A stretch of 58,742 nucleotides of DNA, filler included, from Jimgerdemannia flammicorona (lineage: Eukaryota): assembly GCA_003990765.1 (NCBI GenBank). It is 3 parts of 3 records of this genome, joined end to end, with 100 filler letters (N's around TTAATTAATTAA, not from the genome) between each part and the next. Parts side by side here need not be neighbours in the genome. Positions count along the whole stretch, not along the records: positions 39,234 to 58,742 come from RBNJ01001923.1; 2 more parts are not named here. One strand, 5' to 3'. The position numbers and the translations under genes were made by a program. Positions 50,600-58,742 of this stretch are shown here, piece after piece. The notes beneath the pieces are model-generated. The model was given only the letters and a program-made list of their open reading frames with translations, made no database searches and was not told the origin of the DNA. Each line of letters opens with the position of its first letter. Within the stretch, counting starts at the first letter, position 1.

Positions 50600-51360
50600 G
50601 GATGCCATTCTGATACCGAGAAAGAAGAGAACAGAGCTCCAAGGATTTATCAGTTATCAGTTTATCTAAGAACTAGAGGATATTACCAAAGATAATTTGC
50701 TAAAATATTATTCTCTTATCTCTAGACTAGTACTTCTATTTTTTGAAGAACAGTTAGATAAAGTCACAGATCTTAGTATCACACTCTCTATTTGATGAAG
50801 GATATTATACTAATTAAGAATTAATTTATATTTATTTAGTCAATAGTTTGTCTTTAAATTTACTAAGTATAATAATTTATCTAATATAGTTTAGCTTTTG
50901 ACAATATTGTTTATTAAATATAATATTTAACCTAGCTTAATTGCAATCTTATACTTATCATACTTATCTAATTAGCTAGTATTTTTAATTAATTTTCACC
51001 TTTATTAATTTATCATTATTGAATTAGTTAGTCTATCTTAATAATTCTCTTATATTATAGCTTAGTATAATTTGTATAAATAACTCTAATATTCTAATAT
51101 AACAAACCACAGTTAGTAAGTAAAAAAATACTACTTTCAAGAGACTGAAAGATTCTAGAGAATAAAATAACTTTTTTGTACATAAAACTCAAAGTTTAAG
51201 TTAACAAACTTCTCTTATCACTATAGAAGTTAAGAATAAAATCAAAGAAACTAGACTTAGAAATAATATTATAGACTAGAGCTCCAATTAGACCAGTTTA
51301 GACCAACTCAAAACTTTTGAACTGATTTGGACCAGACATATGATCTCAATTATGTGATAT
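50600..51360 (-). mobile_element. very decayed AT-rich repeat, possibly a Tc1-like transposase remnant
   Basis: CpG-free and TpA-rich; only a weak HTH-like reading (IAIKLG..INNIVK). Confidence 0.25.
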
Positions 51361-51505
51361 TTAATACAAATAAAATCTAATCTCTTTATTAAACTATTCT
51401 TCACCCATCATCCATCATTGCTTGATTCTGATGTCAAGTGACTTTTGCCATCAAGACCCTCTCTTCTCCCTCCATTTTTCAAGACCCTTAGAATGACCTT
51501 TGCTA

Positions 51506-52021
51506 CTGTATTCCAGCTCCTGTCTGCATTCCAGCTCGCCGCATTCCAGCTCCTGTCTGCATTCCAGCTCGCCGCATTCCAGCTCCTGTCTGCATTCCAG
51601 CTCGCCGCATTCCAGCTGGCCATATTCGCCGTATTCCAGCTCGCCGTATTCACCGCATTTCAGCTCGCCGTATTCGCCGCATTCCAGCTCGCCGTATTCG
51701 CCGCATTCCAGCTCGCCGTATTCGATGCATTCCAGCTCGCCGTATTCGCCGCATTCCAGCTCGCCATATTCGCCAGCTCGCCGTATTCGCCGCATTAAGC
51801 TCGACGTATTCACCGGATTCCAGCTCGCCGTATTCACCGGATTACAGCTCGCCGTATTCGCCGCATTCGAGCTCGCTGTATTCGCCACATTCCAGCTCGC
51901 CGTATTCGCCACATTCCAGCTTGCCGCATTCCAGCTTGCCGCATTCCAGCTTGCCACATTCCAGCTTGCCACATTCCAGCTTGCCACATTCCAGCTTGCC
52001 ACATTCCAGCCAGCTGCATTC
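51506..52021. repeat. GC-rich compound minisatellite (15, 24 and 33-bp units)
   Basis: gcattccagctcgcc core with gtattcgcc or ctgtct inserts; unit lengths are multiples of 3, which creates long ORFs in several frames. Confidence 0.92.
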
Positions 52022-52299
52022 CTGTTATCTATTCTCTGTCATTGACCACATCATCACCTTCAAGTCTTCATTCATAGTCTGTCATTGTAAGTATTGCTGT
52101 CCTGCACCCGTTATTATTCTGGAATAAGGAATTCACTCTACAATTGCCAAATTATTCCATTGTCATTCATTGTTGTTCTGCACTTAGTCTGTCATTATCA
52201 TTCGGGGTCATTATTTGGAATTATCACTATTCAGAATTATTGTCCAACACTCTTATCTCAAATCTCATCATAAACAATATCAACTCTGTCTGGTATATA

Positions 52300-52480
52300 T
52301 ATAACTGCCATTATATAGCTGGCAAACTTATATAAATAATCTCAATATCTAGAGTGAATAAACCTCAGTTTGAAATAGTTTAAAATAAAGAGGTAAGAGA
52401 ACTAGTAAGCTTGCAGACAGATATACTTCTAACTCATCCACTCTATATTCTGAGAATTTTAAGAAATCTAAGAAGATTAT
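52300..52480 (+). repeat. LTR fragment of the Gypsy 1 family
   Basis: Matches ~10665-10840 (gcaaactt.tataaataa..aataaacctcag..aactagtaagc). Confidence 0.78.
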
Positions 52481-53969
52481 TATAGAATACTTGAGAAGAG
52501 TGGAGAGAAGAAGCAGTGATTGTTTATTGATACTAGTTTATGTACTTTTATATATATTGATGACATTTTCAGTGATAATGAAGTTAGGCTATACCACTAT
52601 ATATCAAGTTGCTATAACTAAGATATTTCAATATTTCAATACTTCTGCTCAATGAGATATGTCTTAGAATATACAAATAAAGAACTGATTGAGTAAATTA
52701 AATATGACTAATAGGGTGCTATTTAGATGACTGAAAAAGAGTGAAATTTCTTGCTTATAAGTATGAAAATAGATCAAGAATATAGTAGAAGACTAGTAAT
52801 ATAGATCCAGATCTATTCATAAAAGAAGAAATGTAAGCAATATTGATAAATATATATAAGATATAGTGAGAGACTTTTAGTACTCTAAAAAACTTCCTAT
52901 TATCACTATATTGTTATTATTATTTACTACTTGCTAGTATATAGTTCTTATTGATATAAAGTTATCTATAAGTCCTGTTTCTTATATACATAAGTCAAAC
53001 TTTGTCTTTGGAAGGACTTTAGTTAATAAATTTGTCATTATATATTCTATTGGAGTATATTCAAGATATATAGTACTGTTTTTCACATATTCTTATATGA
53101 AATAATATTATATATTAATATGTTTAGTTTTTGTAAAATGTATAGAGTTCTTTGCCATAGCAATCATAGATTGATTGTCTTGTTGGAGTAGTATAGAGTA
53201 CTATTCCTAAGAAAATCTCAATTCTTTTAGTAGTTTCCAAAGTTATAAAACTTTTTTTTATCACTATAGATAATACTTGATACTTCACTTATATAGATGA
53301 TATTATTACTAAAGATTGCTTATATGTTTGTTATGAAATAACTCTATTTTTACTAATTTTAAAGAGATATCTAGTTATAGACTATCTGTTATTTAGATTG
53401 CTGATCCAATTAGTATCATATATACTAGATAGTCATATCATACTACTCTCACTTTATTCTTTATCATCACTATCTCTAAAGTTGAGTACATAATGCACTA
53501 TATCTTTAATATATTTAAAAATATACTTAATTACAATCTAATACAAATTATTATAGCAGGATGAGTACCGTATCACTTTGTTGACTATATATGATATATT
53601 GGGCCTTATCTTGAGTATAAGATATATGAGAGATCCCACAGTTTACCAATAGGAGATATTATTGAATTCTTTGGGTATATCATCACTGAACTTCTTTAAC
53701 CTCATAGATGTCTCTATAAGAGTTCTAACATATTTATATTCACTCATATTAAACCATTTAAATATAGTCTGAATATATATAACTTGTAATAGATATATAA
53801 CATACTAATACCTGTTATATATAATCAATATTTCAAGAAAATAGGACATATTACTCATATTCATCATCTTGAATTCCTGGTATAGTATTATCTTTATATC
53901 ATTAATCTTGCTCACTATCTTGACCAGAATAATATTATCTATCCAAATTTCTAGATATACTATTTCTGA

Positions 53970-53970
<1 letters not shown>
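52481..53970 (-). mobile_element. Copia RT-RNase H-LTR fragment, related to 43590-46500
   Basis: Reverse complement of ..tctcattgagcag.agtatt..agcaacttgatat and of the RNase H region. Confidence 0.78.
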
Positions 53971-54007
<37 letters not shown>

Positions 54008-54043
54008 TTAATAGACTTATAGTTTTACAGATTTTTATTGAAA

Positions 54044-55200
54044 GAAAACCTAGACTATATAGGTCAAAACCCTCTTCCACTACTTACCAAACATTATCCC
54101 CCCATTAATCTAGGCTACTAAATTGTCCAGCAGTCCCACTGCTCTAGCTATACCTATTAAATACTAACTACACTGACCCCCATAATATAGACCAGACTTG
54201 TCTGCTCACCAGAGCTAGATCATTATGACTATATGTGAGAGTACATCTATATATCAGATCTAGTAGCACTAGGACTGAATAAAGAATAGCCCCCTGAATT
54301 CCAAAAGAAAGCCTGAGGCAAAGAAAAACTTCTAACCAACTAATAGAAAGCAAAGTAGATTTAAAGTAAATGAGTAAAGAACTTATATATAGAACTCTCT
54401 TCAAAAGGACTTATATATGGACTAGAGCTAGAAAAGATTCCATTCTCACTCCTCAAGCTTGCAGGCCTTGATCATATTTCTATATCAGCTCTTAGTTCCA
54501 GTCAGGTACTGCCAAATGAGGAAGGTCTCACTCTCCAAGCTTGTGGGCTTTGATTGTATTACTATGTTAGCTTCTAGTTCTAGTTGGATATAGTCAGAAT
54601 ACCAGCCCCTATACTATCCCACCCCCTACCAGTCAATCAGAAGGCTCTACCAAGATAATATCTGCCTCAACCCTAATGACTACCCCTAGTCTAGCACTCT
54701 ACTAATTCACTATAATGACCCTTTCTCTTATCTGTGACAGCTATCTCTCCTCCCATCCTGACAATACCTGAAAAACAGTCACCTACACTAGTACTGTACT
54801 TGCTAAAAAGCTTGCCAAAGCTCAGAGGGCTCTACTATAGGTACTAAATAACCTGTAGGTAACCTATACTGGTACTTGACACTCAAGGTCAGCCAATATC
54901 CTATATAGTCCATGATACACTGAGATGATATCTTATTGGTGACAGTAAAAGAAAGAAGGTACTGTACCAAAATAAGTATACCCCAGATGTAGCCAGAGGC
55001 ATCAGAAACTGTAAAAAAGTAGAGAAGACACTGATCAGACACTACTAAAAGGGCAACTTATTACCATTGCCCTCTTTCCACTGCACTCATACAAGTATAG
55101 CAAACTACACTGAAGTAGAGAGTAAGAAGTTAGGGGAAAGGAGATCCAGATGATTGTCTGCTAAAACTGTATAACTAGTATAGTAGTAGAGAAAGAGGCT
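54044..55200 (+). mobile_element. second copy of the unclassified dispersed repeat at 8600-9712
   Basis: Inverted homology to 8600-9712 at both ends. Confidence 0.6.
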
Positions 55201-55639
55201 ACTGATTTCTGAAGATATATATTAAATATATATATATATATCAGCTTTGCAATACTTAATCTGTTATCTAAGAGATATTTGTCAATTTTTTAGTTTCATA
55301 GTATTATTACTTGTTTGACACTATAGAGATCTTTATGTAACTTATATATATATAAGTGTGTTTTGCTTATTATCATATAGTTCATATCTCTGTAGTTGAT
55401 GAATATATAGCTCTATATCTATATCACTGTTCAAGGAGGCTGTCTTAATGTCTATTTGGTAGATTTTATAGTTATATTTAGCTCTGATTACAAGAAATAT
55501 TCTATATAAAGTAAGCTTAAATATTAGGAAGAATGTCTTATCATAGTCTATACTATATCTTTATAAATACTTCTTTGCTATAAATTGGGCCTTATATTAC
55601 TCTAAATTACCATTATTATTGTATTTGACTTTATATACT

Positions 55640-57115
55640 ATAACAGTGATCTCAGAATGATGACATCAGTACAAGAGACAGTCTTCCTTACAAGTCACCA
55701 GATCAGAGCACAAGAAGATCATATGGTATAACTCACCTAGACTATGAGATGAGTAATGATGACTAATTGTGAGTTATTATGACTACAGTACAGACATCTT
55801 GAGGAATATAAAAGAAAGATCAAGGAACTACAGTAGTAGCAACTCAACAAGATCCATCAATCCCAAAATAGCTCAAAGACTTACCATAAATGAAATGTCT
55901 ACTGCTTGTCAAACCTCAAGATCAAGAAATCACCAAGGTACCTCAGTTGAAGAAAGAATATTCCAAGACATCTGAAGAGCCATAAGGACCTATACTACAA
56001 GGACTCCTAGTATCAACCTGGGTACTGGTGACTCTTATCATTATATCCTCTACTGCTATAATGGAGACAAGAATCACTATTACTACCAAATGTCTCCAGA
56101 TATGGTAAGAATATGAAATAGGAAACCTTCTCTACCAGGAGTTCCCACAGGCTAGCTCTCAAGAGTTACAAGATACTACTCCCATAGATATATGTGAAAT
56201 AAGGACAGCTAAGAAGATTCATCAGATCTTCAGGTATATACTATGGTTTATCTCCAACTTAGAGTATGTTAGAGTCTCAGACTTCAGAGATCTGTCAGCC
56301 CACCATATCAATATACTAGAAGCCAGAGTGGCTATAGAAGCCTAGTCCACTATCACCCTCAATAGTGATGAAGTAGAAGACTTCTGACATTCCATCCTCC
56401 AGGACAACCCAGATCAATTCCTACAAGGATTGATCTCAGTATTCCAAGGCCCAAGCATCCAAGGTAGATCTCCCAAAACCCCACATTTGTCTCTTATTTT
56501 GTAGAAGAGAACCTCATAGACTAGAGAGCCCCAGATCTTCTTGCTCTCCCTGCTGCTACCAAACATGATAATATTATTGATAATAATATCATTCTACATA
56601 ATATATATAAAATGCATAATGAAATGTTTGCAGATCTCATCTCCTTCAGTGATGATGAGGATGAAGTCTCCATGGTCCTGAACATTCTGCTTTAAAGTTC
56701 TTAGTAATACTGAATTCTGCCAGCATCCTTTTTCTATGTAACAGCTATTTCTCAACTAATATTCTGATCTTGTGTGACTCAGAATTATTTCAGCACCCTT
56801 TTTCTATATTACCAAAATTATACCAGTATTCTGAACCTATGTAACTATCTGTGCTAATACTGGAACTTGGTAGTTTTCTGTATTCCAGTATTTTATTTGG
56901 TTATTGGAATTTATATTTAGCTTTATATCTTAGCAAACATTGAATTATATTTTGTATAAATACCCCTCTTATTTCCTTTGAAATAAAGTCAGTCAAGTTT
57001 ACTTATATATAATTCCTTGCAAGTAATCTAAAGAGATAACAAGACAGTTTAAAGATAAGAATTTTGAGGACTATAAGACCTTGAGAAGGCACTCCAATAA
57101 GAACTTACCTATAAC
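55640..57115 (+). mobile_element. degenerate ORF followed by LTR-like sequence
   Basis: CpG-depleted; stop-riddled coiled-coil-like frame from 55658; TATAAATA/AATAAA and a TAACA end downstream; class not determined. Confidence 0.35.
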
Positions 57116-57189
57116 AAACTTGTGGTTAAGTCTAAGAGATATATCTTGAAGAGAATCTAATATATTTGAAGGACTCAGTGACCACTACA

Positions 57190-58409
57190 TGACAATACTT
57201 AGTGAAATTCTATTACTTATTGATTTACTGAAAGAGAGACTAGATCTCATATATCATTCTCAATAAGTAAATCATATTCTCTGTCTATGGTCTTTTATCA
57301 CTCTTTTTTATTATCTGAATATATAGCTTTATTATAGTTTGCTAGCTTATCAGTCATTACTATATAGGTGTACTTATAGATATAGTTTACATAATATTAT
57401 TTACTATTATAATAGGATATCTTAGGCTGGTTTCAATAACCTCTTAAATTTACTTTAACTTTATTTTGTGATCTAGATTTATATTTTTTTTTTTGCCTTT
57501 TAGAGAGATATCCTTATTATCATTCTTGTCTATAATTTTAGTAATTCTTAGCTCTGATAGTCTCATTAGTATATGTATAAATTACACTAACACTAGTATA
57601 GATACTGTTCTACTTATCTTTGAAGTTAGTATAGATATTACTGACTATACTATTGAGTTAAATATAGAGAAAGAAATTTTCATGTGAATTTTCTGTTTTT
57701 TAATCTCCTTGAACTAAATGTTATAAGAGTTGACTATATAATATTTCTGTGGATTCCATAATCTATATACTGCTCTATTATATCTAAAGAGTATATACTT
57801 ATCTACTTTAGACTCAAATTTATCTCTATTACAACTTTTATCTAAAATATAAGTGTCACTCTCAAATATTCATAAGTATATAATATTAAACTTAAATCTA
57901 CTCTACAATTTCTCAGAGATAAGATTACCATTATTTCTGGATTATTGATTATTGCTAGATTCACTAGAATCCTTACTTAGAGCTCAAGAAATACAACAAT
58001 TTCAGATATATATATACTACTATATTTACTACTTTAGTCCAAAAGAAGTATAGTAAGCTAATTGTATTTATTATTATTTGAGACATCTCTACTACTATTC
58101 AATTAAAGCATTCTGCTATACCATTCTATTTAGATATATATAGAGCTATTATAAAGTATTAGATATCATACTTCTTCAAGAAGTATTTAAAGACTTTATT
58201 GATATATTCTATACTATTATCTGACTATAGGATCTATATCTTATATTCTATTTTGTTTTCTATAATTATCTTGAATTCTTAGAATTTTCTGAGTATCTTA
58301 TTCTTTACTATAAGAAAGTATATATAGGCTTTATAAATATAATTGTCAATAAAGATGATAAAGTATCTCTTTTGAGAGTATGTTGAAGTTTATATAGAGC
58401 TGTAGATAT
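57190..58409 (-). mobile_element. Copia integrase fragment
   Basis: Decayed YFIIFID..YFL..K...F.EF..SDN..EY..NGIAE.FN motifs. Confidence 0.75.
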
Positions 58410-58742
58410 TGTAATGGACCAGAACATACTACCCGAATTATAACTTAGCCAGATGACACGAACAATTAGCATACTTACTCAGCATGATGTGACTTCCAGT
58501 GTATCATAGTTACTCATGCCCGCCACACTTATAATTAGCCAAGACACCAGATCAGGATTGTTTACCTGTGTCCTGCGGACACACTCATGTCCTGCGGACA
58601 CACTCATGTCCTGCAGACACACTCATGTCCTGCGGACACACTCATGTCCTGTGGACACACCTGTACCCAGAGGACACACCCAAACATTACCAAAGATAGC
58701 AAATGTATAATTAGCCACATAGCAACCAGATAGCAACCAACT
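58410..58742 (+). repeat. probable LTR start containing a 19-bp tandem repeat
   Basis: Starts TGTAATGG and interrupts the Copia fragment; tgtcctgcggacacactca x~4.7 at 58568-58660. Confidence 0.55.

Noticed and set aside
51408..52127. Several overlapping repetitive ORFs as genes
   Set aside because: By-product of a stop-poor minisatellite; flanking frames are closed and no domain is recognisable

Overview
Eukaryotic, repeat-rich fungal DNA with short GT-AG introns. The gene families suggest Mucoromycota, possibly Endogonales (inference). The window is three separate contigs (19517, 19516 and 19509 bp) joined by artificial 100-bp N/TTAATTAATTAA/N linkers. I can reconstruct three apparently intact spliced genes: a two-TM protein with DEG/ENaC-like motifs (1113-2927, -), a DUF4436-like membrane protein with a YPFD motif (33114-34332, -) and a class I SAM-dependent methyltransferase (49078-50202, -). 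Most of the rest is nested, decayed transposons: two different dUTPase-carrying Ty3/Gypsy elements with the dUTPase in different positions, a DIRS/Ngaro element, L1/Tx1-like LINEs, Copia fragments, hAT-type foldback elements with 8-bp TSDs, a TA-targeting ~100-bp MITE family and a probable CACTA-like element. The retroelements are strongly CpG-depleted and rich in C-to-T changes. In contrast, CpG-retaining zones next to the two membrane-protein genes are mosaics of repeated, shuffled gene fragments (GID4/Vid24, LRR, Cys-rich and unknown). No rRNA, tRNA or CRISPR array was recognised. Boundaries of decayed elements are approximate and nothing was checked by database search.
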